Origin: Candidatus Poribacteria bacterium
Lineage (GTDB): Bacteria > Poribacteria > WGA-4E > PCPOR2b
Length of the DNA: 64,000 bases
Assembly (NCBI GenBank): GCA_965208675.1
Contig: OZ242351.1
Coordinates: forward strand, 2,752,001 to 2,816,000
Direction: 5' to 3'
The notes under the pieces are model-generated. The model saw nothing but the letters and a program-made list of their open reading frames with translations, had not been told where the DNA came from and did no database searches. This document shows, piece by piece, positions 50,350 through 60,419 of this stretch. The position numbers and the translations under genes are program-made. The stretch's first letter is position 1. Each line of letters opens with the position of its first letter.

Positions 50350-50535
50350 CAGGGGAAACGCACCTGATTATTCAGAATAGAGTTTCTAAAATAGTAGTCA
50401 AATAAGTGTTGTCCCATGCGGCTTTGAGAGGAAATAGGGGGATTAGACAGGGGGGTTGCACCTTTGGAAGATTTTACACAAGCATGTCCTGAATTCCTCT
50501 CATGTCAAACCCAAAATTAAGATGCGTTTCCCCTG
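50350..50535. mobile_element. MITE-like element with CAGGG terminal inverted repeats
   Basis: caggggaaacgca (50350-50362) and tgcgtttcccctg (50523-50535) form a perfect 13-bp IR. No ORF, no clear target duplication. Confidence 0.65.
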
Positions 50536-50618
50536 CCGCTGATTTTAAGGAGGATTGACATCTTTTGAGAAGCGTGTTATGCTATGAATAACCTGCCTTG
50601 CAAGCACGGAGGTGTGAA

Positions 50619-52229
50619 ATGAAAGACGAGGATAAGACGCAAGCACAACCAAAAAGTGAATCACTACGCGTACGTCAGAATTCGGCGGTGTTTGAACGCG
50701 AACGCGTTCAGTTCAATCGGTTTGTGGAGGCAGACCCATATTTCAATTCCTCCGACATGCTTGCTTCAACGGATGGCGATACAGAGAAGATTCGCCACTG
50801 CAATGAAGCACTTTGCAAGAAACTGGGTTACGTTGAAGCGGAGATTGTCGGCCACCCTATTTCGAAGATTTATCATCCTGTCTGCCTCGAAGATGCAAAG
50901 GCGGGGTTCACCAGCCTTGTAAGTGACGGTGAAATACATGATGTGGAGCTAGTATTGCGGAAGAAAGATGGAGGTTCGGTGGATGTGAACTTGAGTGCCT
51001 CAACCATCCGTGATACAAGCGGAGGGTTACTTTATTGCCGGTACATATGGCGCGACATCACGCGGCATAAGGAGACTGAACGGAAACTTCGAGCGAGCGA
51101 AGCGCTCTTTCACCAGTTAGCGAACAGTATCCGCGAAGGTTTTTGGCTGATGTCGCTTGACGGGGGTGAGGTCTTGTACATAAGTCCCGGATACGAATCG
51201 ATGTGGGGAAGATCTCGCTCGGAACTATACGCAGACCCGATGTCGTGGACGAAGCACATTCATCCGGATGACCTAGAGGACATTTTGGCCACTTTCGAAA
51301 AACAGAAACACGGCGAGTGTGTAGAGTACGAGGGCCGTATCGTCAAACCCGATGGCGAAATCCGCTGGCTTCATGCGCGCGCCTTCCCAGTCAACGATGA
51401 GAACGGAAATCCCTACGTCGTTGCGGGCTTGACCCTGGATATCACCGAACGCAAGCGTGCCGAGCAACAGTTAATTCAAGCGAGCAAGATGGCTTCATTA
51501 GGAAGTCTGACGGCGGGCGTGGCGCACGAGATTAACAACCCGAACAATTTTATCTTGCTAAACGGAGAATCTCTTCAGAAATCTTGGGCAAGCGTAAAAC
51601 CGTTTCTGGATAAATATTGCGAAGAGCACGGGGATTTCATGTGCGCCGGCATGCCCTATTCGCAATTGCGAGGCGGTATCAACGAAATGGCGACCAGAAT
51701 CATTAACGGCGCGAATCGAATTAAAAAGATTGTAAAAGCGCTCGGCAATTTCGCACCTCAGGGTGACCTGGACCTAAGCCAACCGGTCAATTGTAATAAG
51801 GTGATTGACTCCGCAGTCCTAATTTTGGGGAATCTGATAAAAAAATCTACGAAAAACTTCTCGACTCAATTTGAGGACAATCTGCCTGATGTTCTCGGCA
51901 ACGCGCAACAGTTCGAACAGGTATGTATTAACTTAATCTCGAACGCTTGCCAAGCCCTGACCGACCATACAAAAAGCATCGTAGTTTCAACCCGCAAGCT
52001 TTCAAAGCAGGTGTTGATAGAAGTTCGTGATGAGGGTGAAGGGATTCCCTGCGAAAGTCTGCAGTCCATCACAGACGCCTTTTTCACCACCAAGCGAGAT
52101 GCCGGCGGCGTCGGACTAGGGCTTTCCATTTCTTACAATATCGTGGAGAATCATGGCGGGGAATTAACCCTCGCCTCCGAACTTGGAAAGGGAACGACAG
52201 CGTCAGTCAAGCTGCCCGCCGCCCCCTAA
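50619..52229 (+). CDS. Cytoplasmic PAS-PAS histidine kinase (NtrB-like)
   Basis: Two PAS/PAC domains (RDIT, LDITERK), AHEINNP H-box, NL..NA, D.G.GI, FFTTK, GLGL. Confidence 0.93.
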   Translation: MKDEDKTQAQPKSESLRVRQNSAVFERERVQFNRFVEADPYFNSSDMLASTDGDTEKIRHCNEALCKKLGYVEAEIVGHPISKIYHPVCLEDAKAGFTSLVSDGEIHDVELVLRKKDGGSVDVNLSASTIRDTSGGLLYCRYIWRDITRHKETERKLRASEALFHQLANSIREGFWLMSLDGGEVLYISPGYESMWGRSRSELYADPMSWTKHIHPDDLEDILATFEKQKHGECVEYEGRIVKPDGEIRWLHARAFPVNDENGNPYVVAGLTLDITERKRAEQQLIQASKMASLGSLTAGVAHEINNPNNFILLNGESLQKSWASVKPFLDKYCEEHGDFMCAGMPYSQLRGGINEMATRIINGANRIKKIVKALGNFAPQGDLDLSQPVNCNKVIDSAVLILGNLIKKSTKNFSTQFEDNLPDVLGNAQQFEQVCINLISNACQALTDHTKSIVVSTRKLSKQVLIEVRDEGEGIPCESLQSITDAFFTTKRDAGGVGLGLSISYNIVENHGGELTLASELGKGTTASVKLPAAP

Positions 52230-52239
52230 AACTAACCGT

Positions 52240-53685
52240 ATGAATCCAATTCAGTTTCCTACCCATCCCATTCTACTGGTTGACGATGAAGCAGATTTCT
52301 TAGTCAGTGCAGATTATGCTCTCAAGTTAGCGGGCATTAATAATATCGTCCAATGCGGTGACAGCAGCGAAGTAATTCCGACGCTGTCGAAAAGAGACTT
52401 TTCGGTTGTCGTGCTGGACTTGCTGATGCCCGGCTTATCCGGTCTGGACATACTACCGTTGATTCTTGCGGACTTTCCAGAACTTCCCGTAGCGGTTTTC
52501 ACCGCAGTAAACAATGTGGAAACGGCGGTTGATTGTTTGAAAACTGGGGTGTACGACTACGTCCTGAAACCGATCGATAGCGCCAGGCTTGTGGCAACGG
52601 TTAGACATGGGGTAGAACTCAGCGAACTGCGGTGCCAATGTCGTCTGCTTAAGGAGCGTGTGCTGACGGACGCCTTGGAACATCCTGAAGCGTTCTCTGA
52701 CATTATTACTCAAGACAGCGGCATGCACGCCATTTTTCAATATGCCGAGGCAATCGCCCAAACCGACCTGCCAGTATTGATTACGGGCGAAACCGGTGTT
52801 GGCAAGGAACTGATTGCAGCGGCAATCCACAAGTTGAGCGGACGAGAGGGTGACTTCGTTTCAGTCAATATAGCGGGCCTCGACGACCACCTATTCTCGG
52901 ACACGCTTTTCGGCCACATAAAAGGGGCGTACACTGGGGCGGATAAGCCTCGCAAGGGATTGATTGAACAAGCGTCAAACGGCACGCTCTTCCTAGATGA
53001 AATCGGAGACCTGCACCTGGAGTCGCAGGTCAAACTGCTGCGTCTTCTGCAGGAAAGAACTTACTACCCGCTTGGCGACGATTTCCCGCGAACAAATAAC
53101 GCAAGAATAGTTGTTGCTACGAATCGAGATATACAATTCCTGAGAGAGTCCGAAACTTTTCGCAACGACCTCTACTTCCGCTTGCAAACTCATCATATTC
53201 ACCTGCCGCCGCTTCGTGACAGAGCGGGCGATATCCCGCTACTAGTTGCCCATTTCCTCAAAATCGCGGCTGAAAAACTAGGAAAGCAAATTCCCACGGC
53301 TTCACCAGAGGTCTTTACTTTGCTTAAAACGTATAATTTCCAGGGGAACGTCCGCGAACTTGAAGGCATGGTACTAGACGCTGTCAGTCGACACAAAGAG
53401 GGCGTACTCGACACACATACTTTCCGACAAGCGATTAACGAGCAGTCAACAGTTTCCGGAGAGGACATGACGCTGCAAGCAAGCGGGTTTGCGCATGTAT
53501 TGTCGGCGTTCCCCGCACTTCCGGATTTGAAGGAAACTTTGAAAGAAGCGGAACAACTGATAATTTCTGAAGCCCTTAAGCGCGCCGACAGCAACCAGAC
53601 CGTTGCCGCAAGACTCTTGGGCATATCGAAAAATGCGCTGCACAAGCGTTTAAGCCGCGCACGAACATCATCGGACGATGCGTAA
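52240..53685 (+). CDS. Sigma54-dependent response regulator (NtrC family)
   Basis: LLVDDE, LDLLMP, GETGVGKE, GAYTGA variant loop, LFLDEIG, GNVREL, Fis HTH AARLLGIS. Confidence 0.95.
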   Translation: MNPIQFPTHPILLVDDEADFLVSADYALKLAGINNIVQCGDSSEVIPTLSKRDFSVVVLDLLMPGLSGLDILPLILADFPELPVAVFTAVNNVETAVDCLKTGVYDYVLKPIDSARLVATVRHGVELSELRCQCRLLKERVLTDALEHPEAFSDIITQDSGMHAIFQYAEAIAQTDLPVLITGETGVGKELIAAAIHKLSGREGDFVSVNIAGLDDHLFSDTLFGHIKGAYTGADKPRKGLIEQASNGTLFLDEIGDLHLESQVKLLRLLQERTYYPLGDDFPRTNNARIVVATNRDIQFLRESETFRNDLYFRLQTHHIHLPPLRDRAGDIPLLVAHFLKIAAEKLGKQIPTASPEVFTLLKTYNFQGNVRELEGMVLDAVSRHKEGVLDTHTFRQAINEQSTVSGEDMTLQASGFAHVLSAFPALPDLKETLKEAEQLIISEALKRADSNQTVAARLLGISKNALHKRLSRARTSSDDA

Positions 53686-53784
53686 AACGGCGTTGGCTTT
53701 TCCCACCCGCCCTCTCTAATCTGTATCAACCTGTCCTTCCACCCGCGATCACGCCTTCTAAAGGCGACGCCTTTTCGGCGTTTT

Positions 53785-53803
53785 TGTAGCCATTGTGGCT
53801 ACA
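53785..53803. promoter_or_regulatory. Palindrome, candidate enhancer (UAS) for the adjacent activator
   Basis: TGTAGCCA-TTG-TGGCTACA, with a further GTAGCCA half-site near 53867, about 220 bp upstream of a sigma54 promoter. Confidence 0.5.
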
Positions 53804-54022
53804 ACCCCCAAAACCCTAGTCTAGCAAGGCCTTACGTGCTTCTTAACCCCAATTTTCCCGAATCGCGTAGCCAAATTGTCGTTCCGCTCTTCATTTCTCG
53901 TCAGGACGATGGCGCGCCAGGGCGCGCCAGTCTGAAAAACATTTAAATGCCCGTATCCCTTGATACATCAGGGTTTCCGAGTCAAAACCGAGTTCAAATT
54001 CAAGCGGGATTGATTTTAGACT

Positions 54023-54038
54023 TGGCATAGAAATTGCG
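54023..54038 (+). promoter_or_regulatory. Sigma54 -24/-12 promoter
   Basis: TGGCAT-AGAAA-TTGCG immediately downstream of the NtrC-family gene. Confidence 0.65.
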
Positions 54039-54070
54039 CATTACGAGCCCAATCAGTAGAGCCTCCATGA

Positions 54071-54226
54071 TCTAGAAATACTCCAAAGAAAGGAGAGGCG
54101 GAAAAATTTCTAAACTGGATTTTCGGTATCGCATATCGGTTCATTGTAGATATGCGCCGGATAAAGCAAAAACATATTGAGTGTACCTCACTCTCTCGCA
54201 ATTTCCCATTAGGCTCATTAGGCTAA
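54071..54226 (+). pseudogene. Possible remnant of an ECF sigma2 domain
   Basis: Start-less frame reads EKFLNWIFGIAYRFIVDMRR, resembling EKFKYWLAEIARN..RDWLR of the array sigmas. Confidence 0.4.
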
Positions 54227-54441
54227 TGAACTTGAGGTCACAGCAGGTATTGAGTATTCGGGCAGTTCAGCAACATGCAGAGAATTGTGATTTAGAGGAC
54301 AAGTTCCTCACCTTGTAGCGTAATTCCGGCGAATTTCACTTCACAGTTTTTTTTGAATAACCGCAGGAATTTTGGCACGCTAACAAGCTTTTTTTTACCA
54401 GAAGGCAATTGCTTCTCCAAAACAGAAAGGAATAGTTTATC

Positions 54442-54663
54442 ATGACGAGAAAAGCGTTAACTCTAGGAATCGCTTTCATTTTAGTGATAGGCATGTTGTC
54501 TATTTCACTAATTACGAATTTTACCCAAGATGCAGACGCTCACCCTGCAAATTGCGTCACGATCATAATTTGCAAGAAAGATTCCGATGGCAATTTATAT
54601 GATTGTATACAGGCCACTATATGCGTACATTATCCAAACCACCCTAATTCAACTTCATCTTAG
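54442..54663 (+). CDS. Small secreted Cys-rich peptide
   Basis: SD AAAGGA, signal ending DADA, 40-aa mature part starting HP with four Cys. Confidence 0.65.
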   Translation: MTRKALTLGIAFILVIGMLSISLITNFTQDADAHPANCVTIIICKKDSDGNLYDCIQATICVHYPNHPNSTSS

Positions 54664-55026
54664 AGGTCTCAGTAGTAGAAGATTGTTTGATAAAGTAGGT
54701 GACTTAGCCATTTTTGGGTGATTCGAAGGTCAAAGTCATTGGGTTTTCTAAGGTAATTACCCTAAAAAATTGATGGTACTCCCTTTTTTTTTGACCGATC
54801 AAACGTATGATGGTCTCTATCAGAAGCGGGATCCGTCTTCGAGAGCGGCAATTTAGGGATAAATGTCACGGAAACCTGATGATTTTGCCTCTCGAATAAC
54901 CCATAATGGTTTTTCACCCGCTTTTCAAATAAGTTCTAGGGAGTCGTCTTCTGTGGTTTCACTAAAAATAAGTGAAGATTAGGAAGCAGCGAGTTGGAGT
55001 GAAAAAAAAGTTATCACAAAAGTGAG

Positions 55027-55959
55027 GTGACAATGCGATTTGTAATTTATGGTATACTATGTTTAGCTTTGTTGAATTTCAGATCCGTTTTTCCAATTGA
55101 GTCTCATGGGCATGGAAAAGCACATGAATTGGAAAATGTATTGCCTATGCCGGAGAATCACACAGAATCGCACGATACTCCTGAAATTACGCAAGCGTTT
55201 AATCAAGTTACTACGAAAAAAATGTTCACTGCATTTAGGTCACCGCTTGAGAAGATTGCTCCAGAGGCAACACGCACCGAAATTTCGGCTATTGCTAAAA
55301 CTTTGTTCGGAATACATCCGCTAGCTGACGAGTGGGTATCGCGCTGTTACCGCTTGAGGCGTGATGGAAAAGGATCGTTTTCGGAACTGAAACGTTTTGC
55401 TGAATTGCAAATTCAAATGCTGTCAGACCTTGACACCACAAAACATGCCGAAGAGATTGAAGCGTATCAAGTTGCTCTGAAAGAGTTAGACCAAGTCGTC
55501 AAAATTTACAAACAGGCAAAAACAGTAAGCCTCCCGCTACGTACTTCTGAAGAGCTAGCTGGAGAAGCCTACGGTTGGGATTCGAAAGCATTAGAGCATC
55601 TTGTTAAGTTTGAGTCACTTCTTAAGGAAACAAACCTAGTAACTGCACGCGCCGAACTCTTGGAAATTGCCAAAATCCGGTTCGGAACTCATGCCCTTGC
55701 TGACGAGTGGATACCCCTTTATTTTCGCCTGAGTCATGAGGGAAAGGGGCTGATTTCAGATGTGACACGTATTTCTGAGTTGGAAATTCGAATGTTCACT
55801 GCTATTTCTGCCGAGAAGCATACTGAACCGATACAACAGCATCGAAAAGCAATGGCACAATACGGCGAAGTTGCCAAAACACTCAAAGCACAAGGTAAAA
55901 ATCTTGAAACTGTTGAAGTGGATTTCAAATCTCCCCTTGACCTTATAGGAGTATACTGA
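55027..55959 (+). CDS. Secreted hypothetical protein with two helical repeats, paralog of 16059-16940
   Basis: FGIHPLADEW..RL.R.G and ARAEL..FGTHALADEW..FRLS.EG...RISELEIRM. His-rich N-terminus. Confidence 0.75.
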   Translation: MTMRFVIYGILCLALLNFRSVFPIESHGHGKAHELENVLPMPENHTESHDTPEITQAFNQVTTKKMFTAFRSPLEKIAPEATRTEISAIAKTLFGIHPLADEWVSRCYRLRRDGKGSFSELKRFAELQIQMLSDLDTTKHAEEIEAYQVALKELDQVVKIYKQAKTVSLPLRTSEELAGEAYGWDSKALEHLVKFESLLKETNLVTARAELLEIAKIRFGTHALADEWIPLYFRLSHEGKGLISDVTRISELEIRMFTAISAEKHTEPIQQHRKAMAQYGEVAKTLKAQGKNLETVEVDFKSPLDLIGVY

Positions 55960-56693
55960 TGAACATATGGTTATTGTTAGGAACGCCAAAAAAAATTATT
56001 TGTGGTCTTCTCATTCTAACCATCCTAATATGTACAGGAATTTTTTTCTACACCCAGTGGGATTTGAAACGTTTTAAAGAATCACTTAAGGAACAACCCG
56101 AAGTTTCACCGGTGACCGTCTCCCCGAGAGAAAAACTAACAGTCACGCAGGTTGAGGAAGCAGTATTGCCTGCTGAAACAGTGATACCAAAACTCTTAAT
56201 ACAGCGACCCGATGAATTTGAAATTGAAACAGAACCACCATCGCTGGAGACGTTTGATTCTGTCGTGAACAAACCCGTTCATTCTGAAGTAGAACCTTTG
56301 AACGAAGAAACTACCATTTTGCAACCAGAGGAACTTGAGGAAGAGGAAGCTACATGGGAAGGCCAGTTTCAACAAGACATAGACGGTGGGAGCGGTTTCG
56401 CAAGTCTTATTTCCATCCTGGAGTCTGATAACGTTGATATGTCTGGTGACTCAGAAGACCTTGCTACAGTCGTTCAAATGCTCAAGCGTTCGGCAGAGGG
56501 ACCAATGACCGCTGACGATTTAATTTTCATGACAAAGGCGTGGTTAAGAATTCAGCCTGATACACGGCATGTACAATCAGAGATAAATGAGACTCGCGAT
56601 TCGCTTAGGAATATACTCGAAAATCTCCAGGATGACAAGAAGAAGTCTTTGCGAAGTGGCGAAGAGACAAAGTATATGATTGATATATATTAG
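55959..56693 (+). CDS. Membrane-anchored acidic hypothetical protein
   Basis: N-terminal TM then QWDLKRF.ESL and a Glu/Pro-rich stalk. Start overlaps the previous stop. Confidence 0.7.
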   Translation: MNIWLLLGTPKKIICGLLILTILICTGIFFYTQWDLKRFKESLKEQPEVSPVTVSPREKLTVTQVEEAVLPAETVIPKLLIQRPDEFEIETEPPSLETFDSVVNKPVHSEVEPLNEETTILQPEELEEEEATWEGQFQQDIDGGSGFASLISILESDNVDMSGDSEDLATVVQMLKRSAEGPMTADDLIFMTKAWLRIQPDTRHVQSEINETRDSLRNILENLQDDKKKSLRSGEETKYMIDIY

Positions 56694-56900
56694 GTTCAGT
56701 TGGCATTTCAACGGAGCCAAATAAATAAGCGTGGAGACAAACCTTCAGAAATCCAAAATAACGGGCAGCCAACTTCTCGAACCGCGAGAAGATACGACGA
56801 TACCATTTTAGCTTGTTGGTGAAACATTCAACCAGATGTCTCTCTTTGTATGTATAAATGCGGTTCTTATGTTCTTTGAGCACCACAATTACGTCGAGGC
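56691..56900 (-). mobile_element. IS5-family transposase 3' remnant with element end
   Basis: YKERHLVECFTNKLKWYRRIFSRFEKLA..YFGFL is the C-terminal DDE motif. End sequence taggttcagttggcatt resembles taggttctgttgacatt at 58395. Confidence 0.8.
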
Positions 56901-57030
56901 GGAATCGCCGCCATGACTCCATTTGTCTGAGGTATAATAGTGCTTAGGGTAATTGCGAAAGTTTTCGCTAATTTCTTCTGAAGTGAAAGAATCTACATGG
57001 CTAACTCTTTAGTCTGAAAGGAGCAAAAAA

Positions 57031-57804
57031 ATGTCGTTCATAAGGAAACGTAGCAGGTATGTTCTTGGAGCCTCGTTGATTTCTGTTACGTTGTTTTTCG
57101 TATTCATAACGTACTACGTTGCCTATAAACCACAACCCGAATCCCAAATCGTCTATGTCCTTCCTGAGCGTGACCCGTCACGTGTAGACAACTTTACCGG
57201 TGATTCGCCATCCACAGTTGCCCACGTTTCTCCTCGCGCTCCACAATCCACAAATAGCACAACACAAAAGGCACCGGCAGTGTACTCTAACAACAACGAC
57301 ACCGAAGACACCGAAACCCTCGAAGATGGTAGCTATGAAGAAACAACTTTCTTGCCGCAAGCCACTAACGCGAACAGCGGTCGAAGTATGGCGCCCGAAC
57401 AGTTTCAAGCACTTCAAGAACGTGACAAGCGCTTGGTCGCATGGAAACGCGATTTCACAGAATACTTGGCGAAAGATCGAGCGTATACTGACGCCGACGT
57501 TGCCCGAGGGGTTTTGGCTATACGCACTATGAAAGCATTCACAGGATCGGTCTTGGGTACTCTATCACCCGAGAAACGCCAGACACTTCGTGACGCTATT
57601 GATGAAAACCTCTCCGATAACCTCTCAGTTGAAGAAGTGCAAGAGTTTTGGGAAGAAGTGCCAGGCAACCCGACAGAATCGCCCAATCAGCTTCTGTCCA
57701 ATCTCCGGGAATTACTACGCCCTGATGAAAAATCCAAAAAGGAATGGTATGAACTGAAACGTGAATCTGATCGGCTTCTAGCCGATTTAAATTCCCAACT
57801 ATGA
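57031..57804 (+). CDS. Membrane-anchored hypothetical protein
   Basis: SD AAAGGAG, N-terminal TM, low-complexity stalk, helical C-terminus. Confidence 0.7.
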   Translation: MSFIRKRSRYVLGASLISVTLFFVFITYYVAYKPQPESQIVYVLPERDPSRVDNFTGDSPSTVAHVSPRAPQSTNSTTQKAPAVYSNNNDTEDTETLEDGSYEETTFLPQATNANSGRSMAPEQFQALQERDKRLVAWKRDFTEYLAKDRAYTDADVARGVLAIRTMKAFTGSVLGTLSPEKRQTLRDAIDENLSDNLSVEEVQEFWEEVPGNPTESPNQLLSNLRELLRPDEKSKKEWYELKRESDRLLADLNSQL

Positions 57805-57819
57805 AAGGAGTATACCACC

Positions 57820-58260
57820 ATGAGAAAACAGTTAGTATCCGTCACAAGTTTGATTGTTTTATGTTTGCATATTTTCACGTTCTACTGTCACAGCCACGAC
57901 GATAACAACTGCCAGTCTTATCGTGATGCGTACGAGGCGGCAAAGAAAGCACGTGAAGAGGCGTGGAAAGATAAGGAAGCAGCTGGCAGAACAGTTTTTT
58001 GGTCCGGGCTCGGGGGGGCTGGTGGCGGTGCCTTTTCAGGAGGGCCAATTGGCATGGCTATTGGTGTGGGCATTTCCCTTGCCGCAACGTACCCAGGATA
58101 CATGCGTGCTATGGAAAAATACACAGACGCGGTAATCGCTTTAAGGGCAGCTACAGATGCATTGCAAGACTGTCTTGATAATCTTGGGCAAGATAATAAT
58201 AGTAATATTCAAGATGGGGGAAACGACGAAGCAAGAAGAGATGAAGAATCAAGCAGTTGA
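57820..58260 (+). CDS. Secreted glycine-zipper protein with a Cys-bracketed helical hairpin
   Basis: SD AAAGGAG, signal peptide, C...GLGGAGGGAFSGGPIGMAIGVG...C. Confidence 0.7.
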   Translation: MRKQLVSVTSLIVLCLHIFTFYCHSHDDNNCQSYRDAYEAAKKAREEAWKDKEAAGRTVFWSGLGGAGGGAFSGGPIGMAIGVGISLAATYPGYMRAMEKYTDAVIALRAATDALQDCLDNLGQDNNSNIQDGGNDEARRDEESSS

Positions 58261-58280
58261 TAACCAAGGCAAAATAGATT

Positions 58281-58388
58281 AGGGTCTGTTTGAAAAGTAG
58301 GTGGAAACCCGATTGTTGGGACATGTGAGTGTTAAAACCACTGGATTTCCAAGGCGTTTACCCCAAATTAGACTTTTCAAACAGTCTC
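58281..58388. mobile_element. MITE-like element
   Basis: 13-bp perfect IR ctgtttgaaaagt (58286-58298) and acttttcaaacag (58372-58384). Confidence 0.6.
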
Positions 58389-58460
58389 AGAATCTAGGTT
58401 CTGTTGACATTACATTGAAGAAGAGAAGAGGAAATCAGTATTCTCAAAACCACCCACCCA

Positions 58461-60143
58461 ATGAAACGCTTCTCTCTCATTTTGGTATTATGCTTGTTTG
58501 CGATTGCTTCAGTACCGCGACTCTTTTCTTTAGGTGCCCACTGGTCAAGTGATGAAGCACTGTGGTTACGTCGCAGTACGGATTTCATGTTGGCCGTTAA
58601 GGAGCGCAATTTCTCAAAAACCCTCGTATCTTACCACCCCGGCGTCATGACGATGTGGATTGCCGGACTCCGCACGTTTTTTTTTGAACCAAAGGTAAAT
58701 GTTCGAAACCTTGCATTTGGCCGGTGGTTTATCGGCGTAGTGGTGTTGATAGGGCTTGTTGCCGCGTTTTTCTTGCTGTATCGACTGTTCGGGCTTTGGG
58801 TTTCAGTCATCAGTTTCACGTTTTTAGTCTGCTCTCCGCTGTTTTTAGCTCAATCTCGCCGCGTCCACACCGATGCGTTAGCAGCGGTTTTCTGCTTGTT
58901 GGCGGTATTAGCTTTCCTACTGTATTGCCAAACTCCGAAGAAACAGCGCTATCTGATTGGTTCCGGGGTTGCCTTTGGGTTGGCGTGCCTTGCCAAAAGC
59001 TATTCGCTCATCCTGCTATTGTGGGTGCCGCTCTGTTTAGGGTTATTCCGGAATGAATCGGTGATTTGGCGACAGTTCCTTTTTAACTCTCTTGGAGTGG
59101 CGATTTGTTTTCTGAGTTGCGCGTTGCTAACTGCATTTGTGCTGTGGCCCGTTTTCTGGACGTTCCCCTTTTTTATCTTTGGGTTGTGTCTGTTAGGTAT
59201 TATCGCCTTTACGCATCGGTGGTCGCAAAAAGAGACACATCAGCTACTCCTGCCGTATTTATCGTCATTTCTGGTGTTAGGTGTGGTTTGCGTCTGTGTG
59301 ATGCGGACGGTTTGGCTTGTCTTAGATAGAGTTGGCTGGGCGGTGACCACACCGCATGAGGTAGAACATTTCTTTTTAGGGCAGGTGGTCCATGATCCCG
59401 GCTGGTTCTTCTACCCGTTAGTGCTTTGTATAAAGAGTACACCGTTAACGCCTTCCCTTGCACTCGGCGGGTGTCTCTTTCTTTGGTGGCGGCGGGGGCA
59501 GGAAGAATGCGCACGGCAGTTTCGGATAGCGCTCGGATTGATGGCTGTTGTTTTACTGTTTACTGTCTGTCTCTCGCTGACGAGTAAAAAGTTCAGTCGG
59601 TATCTGTTACCTGCGTTCCCGATTTTGGAGATACTCGCAGCAGTTGGGTTTGTTGCGTTCCTCAAGTGGAGCTATTCCTACATCAACACCCGCTTCAGCA
59701 CCGAAGCAACCCTTCCTAAAGTTTTCTTTTGCGTCGTTGCAATCCTCTGCTTCTTTATGATTCAGGTGATTCCGGTATTACGGCTGCATCCCTACTACGG
59801 CACGTACTACAATCTCTGCTTCAAGTTGACCGATATAACAAAAATCATCACGGTAGGAGAAGCGTCGGGTTTGGATATTGCCGCAAAATATCTCAATCAG
59901 AAGCCGAACGCCCACAAAATTAACGTTCAAGTATCACCGTTGGCAACAGAATTTGTGCGTCGGTATTTTATAGGAAACGCGTATCGGGCAGACAGAGAAA
60001 CGAGGCTGAAACCGGCGTATGAGGTAGTCTATATTCGCGACTTACAAATTGGGCGTGTGCCACAATCAGGGACGTTGCATGGAACGTTGGAGTGTATAAT
60101 AACACTCAACGGGATTGACCATGTTTGGATTTATCGGGTATAA
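58461..60143 (+). CDS. ArnT/PMT-like GT-C membrane glycosyltransferase
   Basis: SSDE loop, YHPG, SR..HTD, GLA.LAK, RYLLPAFP, many TMs. Confidence 0.85.
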   Translation: MKRFSLILVLCLFAIASVPRLFSLGAHWSSDEALWLRRSTDFMLAVKERNFSKTLVSYHPGVMTMWIAGLRTFFFEPKVNVRNLAFGRWFIGVVVLIGLVAAFFLLYRLFGLWVSVISFTFLVCSPLFLAQSRRVHTDALAAVFCLLAVLAFLLYCQTPKKQRYLIGSGVAFGLACLAKSYSLILLLWVPLCLGLFRNESVIWRQFLFNSLGVAICFLSCALLTAFVLWPVFWTFPFFIFGLCLLGIIAFTHRWSQKETHQLLLPYLSSFLVLGVVCVCVMRTVWLVLDRVGWAVTTPHEVEHFFLGQVVHDPGWFFYPLVLCIKSTPLTPSLALGGCLFLWWRRGQEECARQFRIALGLMAVVLLFTVCLSLTSKKFSRYLLPAFPILEILAAVGFVAFLKWSYSYINTRFSTEATLPKVFFCVVAILCFFMIQVIPVLRLHPYYGTYYNLCFKLTDITKIITVGEASGLDIAAKYLNQKPNAHKINVQVSPLATEFVRRYFIGNAYRADRETRLKPAYEVVYIRDLQIGRVPQSGTLHGTLECIITLNGIDHVWIYRV

Positions 60144-60419
60144 AGAGGTCCGTGCAGGGGAACTGAATCCCGTTTCGATTCCGCGTTCCATAGTTCTGCT
60201 CTCGGAGCATTAATACTCAAAAATTAGCTCGCCGAAATTGCTATGATGATTTTGTGTAAAGATACCTGAGACTAACTGATTTGAAATCAACGCAGTGCAT
60301 CGGGTAACTACAAGTGAAAACAGCTCTGAAAATTTCGACTCGACTGTTGCATACGCTTCAGCGAATTCGCAATTCTTAAACCGATTAACCATCGGATTCA
60401 AGGTATGATGGGGATAATT

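Noticed and set aside
54373-54390. Second sigma54 promoter (TGGCACGCTAACAAGC)
   Set aside because: The GG-to-GC spacing is off by one and the TTGC element is missing.
60145-60200. tRNA-like fragment (ttcgattcc)
   Set aside because: No cloverleaf stems or acceptor arm could be built.
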